Source: Alkalispirochaeta sp.
GTDB taxonomy: Bacteria > Spirochaetota > Spirochaetia > DSM-27196 > Alkalispirochaetaceae
Direction of reading: 5' to 3'
DNA length: 64,000 nucleotides
NCBI GenBank assembly: GCA_046540055.1
Contig: JBKHFT010000001.1
Location: 12,276-76,275 of the forward strand
A model generated the notes under the pieces. The model worked only from the letters and a program-made list of their open reading frames with translations, was not told the DNA's origin and searched no databases. Each line of letters begins with the position of its first letter. Positions within the stretch are counted from its first letter, which is position 1. Both the position numbers and the translations under genes were made by a program. This document shows positions 1 to 8,795 of the stretch, in pieces.

Positions 1-593
1 GATTTCCGTCCGAGGGAGACCGCCCATTCGACGTTTCCGAAGGAGACGACCCCGGGAACTTTCGCGTAGAGCTGGCCGAGTACGTAGTAGCTCTCGGCGT
101 GGTCGGGGTCGAGGGAGATCGTCTCGATCAGAAGATCCCGCATCTCCGGCGCCCGGAAGAGGCTGTTCAGCACGCCTTTCGTCTGTCCCCACCGGCCGAC
201 GTTCGCGGAGGTCCAGTAGTGTCCCAGGGGGTTCGACGGATCGGCTTCGATCGCCCGCTTTCCGTATCGCTCTCCCTCTTCGTAGATCGCCAGGAGTTCC
301 TCCTCCGACGCTCCGGCATCCTCCGCCTGGTCGCCACGCATCAGCGTCGCCGATGAGAGACGCCAGTAGACCTCGCCGCGCTGCGCGCCGTCTCGGGCAT
401 CCCCTTCGAGGGAGGAAAGTTCCCTGATCGCCTCGTCGGGGCGCTCATCATCGATCAGGTCGTCGACCTGCACGAGAGCATCGTCGAACTGCGCCGTTAC
501 CGCGGCGGTAACACCGAACGACATAAGCAGGACCAGGACGGCGATCCGTCGTCGTCGTGAAACCGCTGTACCTACCGTGCTGTACCGTGTCAT
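1..593 (-). CDS. Secreted TPR-repeat protein (runs off the window edge, 3' end not seen)
   Basis: Not in the ORF track. Manual translation from ATG 593: MTRYSTVGTAVSRRRRIAVLVLLMSFGVTAAVTAQFDD...GEVYWRLS...AIEADPSNPLGHYWTSANVGRWG...LDPDHAESYYVLGQLY. Signal-peptide-like N-terminus, TPR-like motifs, ATGA overlap with the GAF gene stop. Confidence 0.75.
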   Translation of the reverse strand, partial: MTRYSTVGTAVSRRRRIAVLVLLMSFGVTAAVTAQFDDALVQVDDLIDDERPDEAIRELSSLEGDARDGAQRGEVYWRLSSATLMRGDQAEDAGASEEELLAIYEEGERYGKRAIEADPSNPLGHYWTSANVGRWGQTKGVLNSLFRAPEMRDLLIETISLDPDHAESYYVLGQLYAKVPGVVSFGNVEWAVSLGRK

Positions 594-1093
594 ACCGAAC
601 GTTCTCCTTCGCTCCCCAGTGTACCATCGTTTTCGATCTTCGGGATATGCGGCGCACACAGTACCGCGAGCTCCTCGAGAAACCGTCGATCCCCGTCATC
701 GAACGCGTCGGGTCGGTGAGAATCGATATCGATCTCCGCTACGAACTCGCCCTCCCGAAAGACGGGCACCACGATCTCGCTTCTCACGTTGATACTGCAG
801 GCAAGGTAGTTGTCCTGCTTCGTGACGTCGTCGACGAGAAACGTCTCGAGGCGTTCCGCCGCCTGCCCGCAGATCCCGCGTCCATAGGGGATCCGCAGGT
901 GGTCCGTCGGGGCCCCCTCGTAGGGTCCGAGGACGAGGAGCCGTTCCTCGGGAATCGCGATGTAGAAGCCGAACCAATCGTAGTGTGGAACCTCGGCGTG
1001 AAGCAGTGAACAGACGAGCTGCAGTCCCACCTGCCGGGGGGCTCCACGTTCGAGTTCCCGTCGGCACCGTTCAAGAAGCTCTACCCTTTTCAT
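590..1093 (-). CDS. msrC: GAF-domain protein, free methionine-(R)-sulfoxide reductase family
   Basis: WFGFY, LGPYEG, GRGICG, YLACS, SEIVVP, DIDS motifs. Start moved to ATG 1093 to avoid overlapping dapL. Confidence 0.75.
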   Translation of the reverse strand: MKRVELLERCRRELERGAPRQVGLQLVCSLLHAEVPHYDWFGFYIAIPEERLLVLGPYEGAPTDHLRIPYGRGICGQAAERLETFLVDDVTKQDNYLACSINVRSEIVVPVFREGEFVAEIDIDSHRPDAFDDGDRRFLEELAVLCAPHIPKIENDGTLGSEGERSV

Positions 1094-1133
1094 AGATCGC
1101 ACTATCGCGTATTTTCTGAGGCGGAGACAAGGG

Positions 1134-2363
1134 ATGCCACAGATCAACGAACACTACACCAAACTGAACGCCTCGTACCTCTTCAGCGAGATCGCAAAGC
1201 GCGTACGCGCCTGGGAGCAGAACAACCCCGACAAGGAGCTGATCAAGCTCGGGATCGGCGACGTCACCAGACCGCTTCCGCCGTCGGCGATCACCGCCCT
1301 CCACGAAGCGGCGGAGGAGATGAGTGACACCTCCACGTTCCGCGGGTACGGCCCCGAGCAGGGGTACCCCTTTCTGCGGCAGGCGATCGTCGCTCACGAC
1401 TATGCCCCCCGGGACGTCGCGATCACCGAGGACGATATCTTCGTCAGCGACGGATCGAAGTGCGACACCGGAAACTTCCAGGAACTGTTTTCCACCGACA
1501 GCGTGGTGGCGATCCCCGACCCGGTCTATCCCGTCTATGTGGACACGAACGTGATGGCCGGCCGCACCGGTGAGTTTTCCGACGGGCACTACCGGGGGAT
1601 CGTGTATATGCAGGGCACCCGGGAGAACGGATTTGTCCCGTCCCCGCCGGAGCAACCGGTAGATCTCGTCTACCTCTGCTTCCCCAACAATCCCACCGGC
1701 GCGACGGCGACGCGGGCACAACTCGAAGCGTACGTTCGCTACGCCCTCGAATCGGGTGCGATCATCCTCTACGACGCGGCGTACGTGGAGTTCATCCGCG
1801 ACCGGGAGATACCGCAGAGTATCTTCGAGATCCCCGGGGCGGAGCGCTGCGCCGTGGAGTTCCGGAGTTTCTCCAAAACGGCAGGCTTTACCGGTCTGCG
1901 CTGCGCCTACACGGTGATCCCCCCGACGGTCGAAGCCTTCGACGGATCGGGGAAACGGTACTCGCTACGGGATCTCTGGTCCCGGCGGCACACGACGAAG
2001 TTCAACGGCACCTCCTACCCGATCCAGCGCGCCGCGGCGGCGGTGTTCTCCGAGACGGGAAGCCGGGAGATCCGGGAGCTGGCGGACTATTACCTTGAGA
2101 ACGCCCGGATCATCCGCGACGGCGTCGAAAAGCTCGGTCTCCCCTGCGTGGGAGGCGAGAACTCACCCTACGTATGGGTCGCCGCGGGCCGCTCCTCCTG
2201 GGAGCTCTTCGACGAGTTGCTGAACAAGGCGGGAGTGGTCACCACCCCCGGCGCCGGGTTTGGTCCCGGTGGGGAAGGATTCATCCGGATCAGTGCGTTC
2301 AACGATCGGGAGAAGGTGGAACGCGGAATGGAGCGGATCGTGTCGTCCCTGCAAAATTCCTGA
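1134..2363 (+). CDS. dapL: LL-diaminopimelate aminotransferase
   Basis: YLFSEI, LGIGDVT, GYGPEQG, SDGSKCD, FPNNPTG, SFSKTAGFTGLR motifs. Confidence 0.95.
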   Translation: MPQINEHYTKLNASYLFSEIAKRVRAWEQNNPDKELIKLGIGDVTRPLPPSAITALHEAAEEMSDTSTFRGYGPEQGYPFLRQAIVAHDYAPRDVAITEDDIFVSDGSKCDTGNFQELFSTDSVVAIPDPVYPVYVDTNVMAGRTGEFSDGHYRGIVYMQGTRENGFVPSPPEQPVDLVYLCFPNNPTGATATRAQLEAYVRYALESGAIILYDAAYVEFIRDREIPQSIFEIPGAERCAVEFRSFSKTAGFTGLRCAYTVIPPTVEAFDGSGKRYSLRDLWSRRHTTKFNGTSYPIQRAAAAVFSETGSREIRELADYYLENARIIRDGVEKLGLPCVGGENSPYVWVAAGRSSWELFDELLNKAGVVTTPGAGFGPGGEGFIRISAFNDREKVERGMERIVSSLQNS

Positions 2364-2385
2364 AAAAAAATCCTTGACAAATGGA

Positions 2386-2414
2386 TTGACAAGGTTTCGT
2401 TAATTTTTTATCTT
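2386..2414 (+). promoter_or_regulatory. Sigma70-type promoter TTGACA-17-TATCTT
   Basis: Perfect -35 at 2386-2391, 17-nt spacer, TAnnnT -10 at 2409-2414 in an AT-rich island. Confidence 0.6.
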
Positions 2415-2420
2415 TACGCC

Positions 2421-2560
2421 GTACTGAGGTACAGCGACCGGGCGGAATTGGCCGCCATGTTGGTCCGGTTCGATTCCGGACGGTCTCAAAGGGAAGTAGC
2501 GGCGCCAAAGGTAAGTCGCTATTTGAAAACAGAAAAGGGAAAGTTTCTGGCCCACTACCC
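2421..2560 (+). ncRNA. Putative structured leader RNA with a tRNA-like T-arm
   Basis: Hairpins GGCGG/CCGCC, GTCCGG-TTCGATT-CCGGAC, TAGCGGC/GTCGCTA and CAGAAA/TTTCTG between the promoter and the sORF. Family not recognised. Confidence 0.4.
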
Positions 2561-2577
2561 TGATAAGGAGGACAGCG

Positions 2578-2676
2578 ATGACGCTTGCCGTTCTTACCAT
2601 TGGTGGACTGGCCCTCGCAACGGCCGTTACCTGGTTGAGGGTGAACGCTGATCGGACCTACCGAAAAGCAGCGTAA
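2578..2676 (+). CDS. 32-aa small hydrophobic protein MTLAVLTIGGLALATAVTWLRVNADRTYRKAA
   Basis: Strong SD TAAGGAGG 6 nt upstream of the ATG; one TM-like helix plus a basic tail; has its own promoter and terminator. Confidence 0.6.
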   Translation: MTLAVLTIGGLALATAVTWLRVNADRTYRKAA

Positions 2677-2784
2677 CCCGTGCGTTGGTGGGAGTCGCCG
2701 ACGACTCCGTTCTTTTCGAGACGGTTCCTGGCCGCACCGCAGGGCCGTATGACCGGTACTGCAGTTCGTCTGCCGCCGGTTGTG

Positions 2785-2823
2785 AACAAAAACCCTTCCG
2801 GGTCGCCGGAGGGGTTTTTTGTT
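2785..2823 (+). terminator. Intrinsic (bidirectional-looking) terminator
   Basis: AACAAAAACCCTTCCGG-GTCG-CCGGAGGGGTTTTTTGTT. Confidence 0.85.
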
Positions 2824-2887
2824 GGTCCGACGATACGGCGTCGAAATCTGCTTGACCGCGACCGGGGGGTATCGTACCCTGAAAAAA

Positions 2888-4390
2888 ATGGCAAAACCGT
2901 TCGTACCGATCACCCTGAAGATGAATTTCCTGATTCTCGTATCTCTGACGATCGGGATCGGCGCAGTGACGGTATATCTCGGATTCTCCCTCACCCGTAC
3001 GATCGATACAACGACCAGAGATTCCCTTGCACAGGAAGCGGACATCGTCTACCAGGCGATCGAACAACTCATGCTCCCGGGGGAGGCACCGCTGGTAGTC
3101 GATTACTTTCAGGGCGTCGCCGGGATCGATCCGCGATACCAGGTATACCTCTATCGAACCGACGGCACCCCGGCGTTCTCGGACAACCGAACGATCGCCG
3201 ACGTGAACGAGCGTCTCGGATCCTCGGACTTTCCGCCCCGGCCGGCGGGGGTGTCCGAGAGCGTCGCCCCGCCGATCGAAATCACCCCCGAATTCGAGGG
3301 GGCAGCAGGGGTACCGGCGCGACAGGTCATCTTCGAGGAGCGGACCGCAGAGGCCGTCGTTGTTCGCTTCTTCCGTCCCCTCATCAACCTTCCGAAGTGC
3401 ACCGTCTGCCACGGCCCGGATCACACCGTCCGGGGAGTTCTCGATCTGCGTACCGATATTTCCGGGAGCGTCAACCGCCAGGAACGGGCGATCTACTCCA
3501 GCGTCGGTGCCTTCCTCATCCTCGTCGCAGCGGTCGGACTGATCATGTCCCGCTTCGTCCGCCACGCGTTTATCGCGCCTCTCGTGGAGATCGGCTCCGC
3601 CTGCGAAGCGGTCACCGAGGGCGACTTCAGCCGACGGAGTGGGGTACGAAACAACGACGAGCTCGGCCGCCTGAGTCAAACGGTGAACCGGATGATCGAA
3701 GGGCTCTACGAACGGTTCGTCCTCTCACGGTACGTTTCTTCCTCTACCCTCGCCTCTCTGGCGGAGGAACAGGGCAGCCGCAGCGAGACCCTTACCTTTC
3801 TCTTCAGCGATATTCGCGGATTCACCGCGTTTACCGAGAAAAACGCTCCCGAGACGGTTGTGAATACCCTCAACCGCGTCCTCGGCGACCAGACGGAGAT
3901 CATTACAAAATACTCGGGTGATATCGACAAATACGTCGGCGACGAAATCGTGGCGGTCTTCAGCGGTCCCGATGCGGTCACTGCGGCGGCGCGAGCAGCC
4001 CTAGAGATCGCCGAACTCTTCACCTCCGCAGAGAAGGATCGGTACGAAGCACTCCAGGTAGGGATCGGCATCAACGCGGGACCGGTGATCGTCGGAGAGA
4101 TCGGGAGCCGCGCCCGGGCGGACTTCACCGCCGTCGGAGACAACGTGAACGTCGCCGCCCGCCTCTGCTCCGGCGCCTCCCCGGGAGAGATACTGGTCAG
4201 CGACGCGTGCGCCGGCGCCCTGGAGAAAGTACACGCCGACCTGGAGGGGCCCTACCGGATGGTTGTGAAGGGAAAGGCCGAGGCGCTGCGGGTATTCAAA
4301 CTTCGTGGCATTCCTGCCGAGGTGGCTCGGCAACCCGAGAGCGGCGAGGCCGCGGAAAGCGAGGCCGCGGAAAGAGAGTACGATACATGA
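2888..4390 (+). CDS. Membrane class III adenylate cyclase with periplasmic CxxCH sensor domain and HAMP
   Basis: Two TM segments, CTVCH, HAMP (DELGRLSQTVNRM), catalytic FSDIRGFT, DKYVGD, TAVGDNVNVAARL. Confidence 0.9.
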   Translation: MAKPFVPITLKMNFLILVSLTIGIGAVTVYLGFSLTRTIDTTTRDSLAQEADIVYQAIEQLMLPGEAPLVVDYFQGVAGIDPRYQVYLYRTDGTPAFSDNRTIADVNERLGSSDFPPRPAGVSESVAPPIEITPEFEGAAGVPARQVIFEERTAEAVVVRFFRPLINLPKCTVCHGPDHTVRGVLDLRTDISGSVNRQERAIYSSVGAFLILVAAVGLIMSRFVRHAFIAPLVEIGSACEAVTEGDFSRRSGVRNNDELGRLSQTVNRMIEGLYERFVLSRYVSSSTLASLAEEQGSRSETLTFLFSDIRGFTAFTEKNAPETVVNTLNRVLGDQTEIITKYSGDIDKYVGDEIVAVFSGPDAVTAAARAALEIAELFTSAEKDRYEALQVGIGINAGPVIVGEIGSRARADFTAVGDNVNVAARLCSGASPGEILVSDACAGALEKVHADLEGPYRMVVKGKAEALRVFKLRGIPAEVARQPESGEAAESEAAEREYDT

Positions 4391-4938
4391 ACGATACCCC
4401 CCGCCGACGCGACGGGCTCCGCCACCTCGTCGCTTTTATCGGAGCCCTCTCGCTGCTCCTCGTCACGATCGGGTGCAGCGAACCGGAGGAACCGCTCCTG
4501 TCCGTACCGTACCACGATTGGGATGAAACGACGGAGCAGCTCCTCGATTTCACCGTACCGGGGCACGGATCGGGACTGCGGAAGATCTACGCGAACTCCG
4601 TCGTTTTCGAGACACCCCTCCCCGAAACGGGGGAGATCACCTACCCTGCAGGAGCGGTCTTCGTGAAAGAGGTATACGAGACCCCTGCTCCCTCCGCGGA
4701 GGATACGCCGGCGATGCTCGTGGGGATGGTGAAAGCCCCCGACGATCCGCGGTCCCAGGGCGGATGGGTATGGGTCACCCGGAATCCTGCCGACGAGACG
4801 GAGACGGTCTTCACCGATCGCTTCTGCATCACCTGCCACGGGAACGCGAACGAAGAGCACCCCTACGGGTCAGGGAATCCCGACGGGGCGTTCCGGGACT
4901 ACATTTTCCACACCCCCGCGATCGAAGGGAGTCGATGA
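4387..4938 (+). CDS. Cytochrome P460/c'-beta-like lipoprotein
   Basis: Lipobox-like LVTIGC; IYAN, GAVFVKE, MVK, WVW and C-terminal CITCH; ATGA overlap with the cyclase stop. Confidence 0.7.
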   Translation: MNDTPRRRDGLRHLVAFIGALSLLLVTIGCSEPEEPLLSVPYHDWDETTEQLLDFTVPGHGSGLRKIYANSVVFETPLPETGEITYPAGAVFVKEVYETPAPSAEDTPAMLVGMVKAPDDPRSQGGWVWVTRNPADETETVFTDRFCITCHGNANEEHPYGSGNPDGAFRDYIFHTPAIEGSR

Positions 4939-5750
4939 ACCATATCTACGGCATACTCCGCTCCCTCGTGATCTACTACCTCCGCCCCGGTCTCTCCCGG
5001 CGGCTGGTCGAACACTACCGGGAGTTCGTTTCACCGGGTTCGGTAGTCTTCGATATCGGCGCCCACCTCGGCAACCGGACACGGGCGTTCTCCCGTCTCG
5101 GCGCGACAACGATCGCCTTTGAGCCGCAGCAGCGCCCGGTGGCTTTTCTCGAGCGTCTCTTTCGCACCGATCCCCTGGTGACGGTAGACCGCCGGGCGGC
5201 AGGCGACCGCGACGGCGTCGTACGCCTCTACGTCTGCCCCGTGAACCCCACGATCGCGACTACCTCCGACGAGTGGGCCCGGGAGGTTCCCCGACTCCCG
5301 GGCTGGAATCGCTTTTCCTTCTCCGAGGTGGAAGAGGTACCGATGGCACGCCTCGATACGTTGATCGACGAGTACGGTGAACCGGCGTTCATCAAGATCG
5401 ACGTCGAGGGGGCGGAAGCGGAGGTCCTCGCGGGCCTTTCGCGACCGGTCAGGGCGTTGAGTTTCGAGTTTCTTCCGGCGGACCGGGACGTTGCGTTCCA
5501 TAGCGTTCTTCGCCTCGAACACCTCGCCCGAGAACGCGGGGGCGCATATCGCTACAATTTCTCGCTGGGAGAGGAGCTGCGACTCGTGATGACCCACCGG
5601 TGGTGGACCGCGGATGAACTCCGGGACTACCTCGGCGAGTTCCCGCCGGACGGCCCCTCCGGGGATATCTACGCCCGCTACGAGGACAACCTCCAGGAGG
5701 GCGGCCGATTCCGTCAAAGCGTGTCGGCAGACGTTCCGGCAGACGTGTGA
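4935..5750 (+). CDS. FkbM-family SAM methyltransferase
   Basis: FDIGAHLG, FEP, IKIDVEGAE motifs; ATGA overlap. Confidence 0.85.
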   Translation: MNHIYGILRSLVIYYLRPGLSRRLVEHYREFVSPGSVVFDIGAHLGNRTRAFSRLGATTIAFEPQQRPVAFLERLFRTDPLVTVDRRAAGDRDGVVRLYVCPVNPTIATTSDEWAREVPRLPGWNRFSFSEVEEVPMARLDTLIDEYGEPAFIKIDVEGAEAEVLAGLSRPVRALSFEFLPADRDVAFHSVLRLEHLARERGGAYRYNFSLGEELRLVMTHRWWTADELRDYLGEFPPDGPSGDIYARYEDNLQEGGRFRQSVSADVPADV

Positions 5751-5812
5751 TATTTCGCGTCAGGTGGCATCGCCAGGGGCGCGATCCTTCTATCCGCGGG
5801 TTTCACCGGATT

Positions 5813-6376
5813 TCACCGGATTTCGTCGGCCCCCTTTCGGGAGATCTCCTGATTCCGGTACCGCCGATCCTCCGTCACGTCCCGTCCGAACCATTCGGGA
5901 GGGACAAACGCGGCGCACGCATCCGGTGACGGAAACTCCACTTCGATCAGCACCAACCCCGGGCAGGGTGCGATAAACCGGTCGATTTCGGCGATCACCG
6001 GGTCCGCCGGGGCCGGTGATCGTTCGGTACCGCCGGTGTCGGCTGAATCGATCGTCACGAGAAATCGTTCTTTTCGTATCTCCGTACCGATGACAAGGGG
6101 GTGGAGTATGTCCCACTGCTCCGCGGTGATTTCGATCTCCGCTTCACGGCGTTCGGGCATCGCGCCGCGCTTTACCGTCATTATCCGACGCTCTTGTCCG
6201 GCCCGTATCGTCTCCCGGAGCCGCACCTCTCCCTCGTCCCCGGCGCGGAGCACATACCCCTGTCGGACGGCGATCCGCTCGTCGGGGGTGCACCGGTCGA
6301 TCGCGTTCTGAAGGTCCGGCGATTCGGGATCGGGAAGAAACTTCCGTTCCAGTTCGTACGCGGCGTGGGCGCTCAC
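5813..6376 (-). CDS. CYTH-domain triphosphate tunnel metalloenzyme
   Basis: ELERKFL, RQGY, VRLR, TVKRG, EIRKER, EVEF, WFGRDVT..RYRN. GTG start overlaps the ParA stop (GTGA). Confidence 0.85.
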   Translation of the reverse strand: MSAHAAYELERKFLPDPESPDLQNAIDRCTPDERIAVRQGYVLRAGDEGEVRLRETIRAGQERRIMTVKRGAMPERREAEIEITAEQWDILHPLVIGTEIRKERFLVTIDSADTGGTERSPAPADPVIAEIDRFIAPCPGLVLIEVEFPSPDACAAFVPPEWFGRDVTEDRRYRNQEISRKGADEIR

Positions 6377-7134
6377 GGTGCCTTCATCCCGACGGTACCC
6401 GCTACCTCGTCCCAAAGGCTGCGGTACGCCGACAGCGCTTTCCCCGGCCGGGGTAACTCGGCAAGAGGAAGACGCCGGCTGGACATCTGCTCTACGATCG
6501 ACGCGTAGGGAATCTCAACGGGCCATACATCGGGAAGAGCGGCAGCAACCGACTCCACGATCTCCCGGTGAAGCTTCCGGCGCCGGTCGACCATGGAGAA
6601 AAAGCCACGGAGCAATGGTCGTTTTGACGCGCCCCGTCGCTTGTCGAGAAACACCTGCATCTTCCGGTAACTGTCGACGGACAATGGACTTGGCAGGATC
6701 GGGACGAGTACGAGGTTTACCGCCCGCAGAATCGCCTCACTCTCCATATGCAATCCCGCCGGGGCGTCAACCACAACGAGGTCGTACCCCTTTCCCACCC
6801 GTTTCAGCATATCCGCCAGTCGTTCGGTTCCGTCTTTCCCGTCTGCCAGCAACTGCGGAAGTTTTCGTAACGAGAACGATCCCGGGAGCACGTCAAGATT
6901 CGGAAAATCCGACGCAAAGATGTGGTCGGTTACGCCTTTGCTGTTGCGGGCCACCGCCTTCGCCTTCGCTCCGTCGTCAGCATCGATACGAAAGATATAA
7001 CCCGCCGCACCCTGCGCATCGAGATCGACCAGAAGGGTTCGCAGCCCCGCTATCGATGAAAGGTGCGCTATATTGACCGCCGTGCTCGTCTTTCCCACCC
7101 CACCCTTCAGGTGGGCAATCGCAATCTTTTTCAT
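6373..7134 (-). CDS. ParA/Soj-family ATPase
   Basis: Deviant Walker A KGGVGKT, DLDAQG, VVDAPAG. Confidence 0.9.
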   Translation of the reverse strand: MKKIAIAHLKGGVGKTSTAVNIAHLSSIAGLRTLLVDLDAQGAAGYIFRIDADDGAKAKAVARNSKGVTDHIFASDFPNLDVLPGSFSLRKLPQLLADGKDGTERLADMLKRVGKGYDLVVVDAPAGLHMESEAILRAVNLVLVPILPSPLSVDSYRKMQVFLDKRRGASKRPLLRGFFSMVDRRRKLHREIVESVAAALPDVWPVEIPYASIVEQMSSRRLPLAELPRPGKALSAYRSLWDEVAGTVGMKAP

Positions 7135-8795
7135 CGGACCTCCCGTGCCAATTCGGTCAGCACCTTTTCCCGAGCGATGCCTTTCTCGCGTTCTACCTGA
7201 GCGAGCATGTACGCCGTCGCGGCGCGAACATCTCCGCTCGATTCTTCGCTGCGCCGTTTCAGGATTTCGTGAAACCGCGCTTCTTCAAGGACCAGATCGT
7301 TATACGTACCAAGGAGGTTCTGCAGCTTCCGGAGTCGTTTCACCCGCTTCGGGGCGTGTTCACTCTCGTCAAGAACCGAAGAGAAGATCTCGTGGAGATA
7401 CCGATACTTTTTCGCCGCTTTTCGAGCGGCGTGTATCTTCTCGTCTTCGAGCTCCGTCCCCGCTGCGACGTATGCGTTCTGAAGACGGGCAACCAGCTTC
7501 AGGAATTTCTTCTCTCGTCGCCGAACCCAACGGGTTGCGCGCAGATCAAGCCGTTCCCCGTCGGCGCGGGCTCCATCGGGTGCACCCGGTTCGGTGTTGC
7601 TCTTTCCCGACACCGCGCCGTACCTCGATGCTGGACCGCGAGCGAGAAGCTCCTCCTCCAGGTCGATTTCGTAGTTCCCGGGAAGGAGGGCGAACATTGC
7701 GTTGTACCGTTTCTCACGGGACCTGGAGATATCCCGAAAGAGGTGCTCCACCTCGTGCCGAAGGGGGGCCGGAGCGGCGCGAAGGTAGTGATCCCGACGC
7801 AGGAGGAACACATCGAGGTCCCGGGCGGCTCCCGTCGCCTGCCACACCGCGTCGATGCGGTCTACGGCGTACCAGACCCCGTGGGCAGGTGCCGCTGCCG
7901 GCAGCGATCCAAGCCCGGACTCCTTGAGGTAGCTTCGGAGGCGTCGAATTGCAACCCGGTAGTCGTGGAGAAACTCAGGATCCGCCCCGAGACCAAGCCC
8001 CGGACGGACGGTCGCCATCGTACCGACAAGGCGGGACACGATGTGTCGGTGCGCCGCCTCGGGGTCATCGTCCCGCCGGATCGGCAGGTCAAGGCGTGTG
8101 TCGAAATCGAAGGGCCGGCGGTCTGCACGGGCGGCGAGGGCGTCGATCACCCCCTCCATACCGACCGGTATCCCCCGGGGGATCGATGCAACGTATCGGC
8201 GGTACCCCCGGAGCGGTCGGAGCAGGAGAAATCGCAATGGACGGTGCCTGTCGTCGGAATCGCCGGGACCGTCCAGGGTAACTTCGTCGAGGATCGCTAC
8301 GGTTTTGCCGGTACCATTGAGAACCCGACCTCGCCGGAACGAGACCTCGCCGAACCCCATTCGCAACAGTACCCGAGGCGCGACCGAGCACGACAGTTCG
8401 GCGACATCCCGTTGGCTCGCCGCCTCCGGGGCGATCGGCGTCGGTACCGGTAGCGACCTCTCTACCCCGTGACCGTTCGGTGCGCTCTCCTTCTCGTGTC
8501 GAGTCTGCTGATAGGCGTAGTCCATCATCTCGAGTCGTGGACTTTCCTTCGCGTGGTTCCGGGTGTCCCTGCCGGCTTCGAGAAGGATTGCGAGGCGTCC
8601 CGAAGCGAGAACCCGCCAGTCAAAGGTATCGACGAGAGTGGCACGAACGGTTCGAGTATGGTCGATGACAACCTTGTACGATGGATCCTGTGTTCGAAGC
8701 CGGTTACGCAATGCGGAAACGCTGTCGGAGCACCACGGCGCGCTCGCCGCGCCGTGGTCCAGCGTGTACCGGGGATCGGCGAGGAGCTCCGTCAT
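7131..8795 (-). CDS. CHAD-domain (polyphosphate-binding) protein with a degenerate CYTH-like N-terminus
   Basis: EFLHDYRVAIRRLRS, RDLDV, IHAARKAAKKYRY, LQNLLGTYNDL; N-terminal DTFDWR. Confidence 0.85.
   Translation of the reverse strand: MTELLADPRYTLDHGAASAPWCSDSVSALRNRLRTQDPSYKVVIDHTRTVRATLVDTFDWRVLASGRLAILLEAGRDTRNHAKESPRLEMMDYAYQQTRHEKESAPNGHGVERSLPVPTPIAPEAASQRDVAELSCSVAPRVLLRMGFGEVSFRRGRVLNGTGKTVAILDEVTLDGPGDSDDRHRPLRFLLLRPLRGYRRYVASIPRGIPVGMEGVIDALAARADRRPFDFDTRLDLPIRRDDDPEAAHRHIVSRLVGTMATVRPGLGLGADPEFLHDYRVAIRRLRSYLKESGLGSLPAAAPAHGVWYAVDRIDAVWQATGAARDLDVFLLRRDHYLRAAPAPLRHEVEHLFRDISRSREKRYNAMFALLPGNYEIDLEEELLARGPASRYGAVSGKSNTEPGAPDGARADGERLDLRATRWVRRREKKFLKLVARLQNAYVAAGTELEDEKIHAARKAAKKYRYLHEIFSSVLDESEHAPKRVKRLRKLQNLLGTYNDLVLEEARFHEILKRRSEESSGDVRAATAYMLAQVEREKGIAREKVLTELAREVR

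Noticed and set aside
2430-2490. tRNA gene
   Set aside because: T-arm present but too short, with no separate D and anticodon arms and no CCA. Kept only as a tRNA-like element.
2488-2520. yybP-ykoY or cobalamin riboswitch (AAAGGGAAGTAGC)
   Set aside because: Only a short motif resembles these families; the remaining conserved elements are absent.
2448-2651. 67-aa ORF from the track overlapping the leader
   Set aside because: TTG start without SD; it overlaps the better-supported 32-aa ORF.
2421-2823. tmRNA (the ORF ends in ...AA-stop and a T-arm is present)
   Set aside because: No GGGG-type 5' acceptor or CCACCA end, and the ORF has its own SD and ATG.
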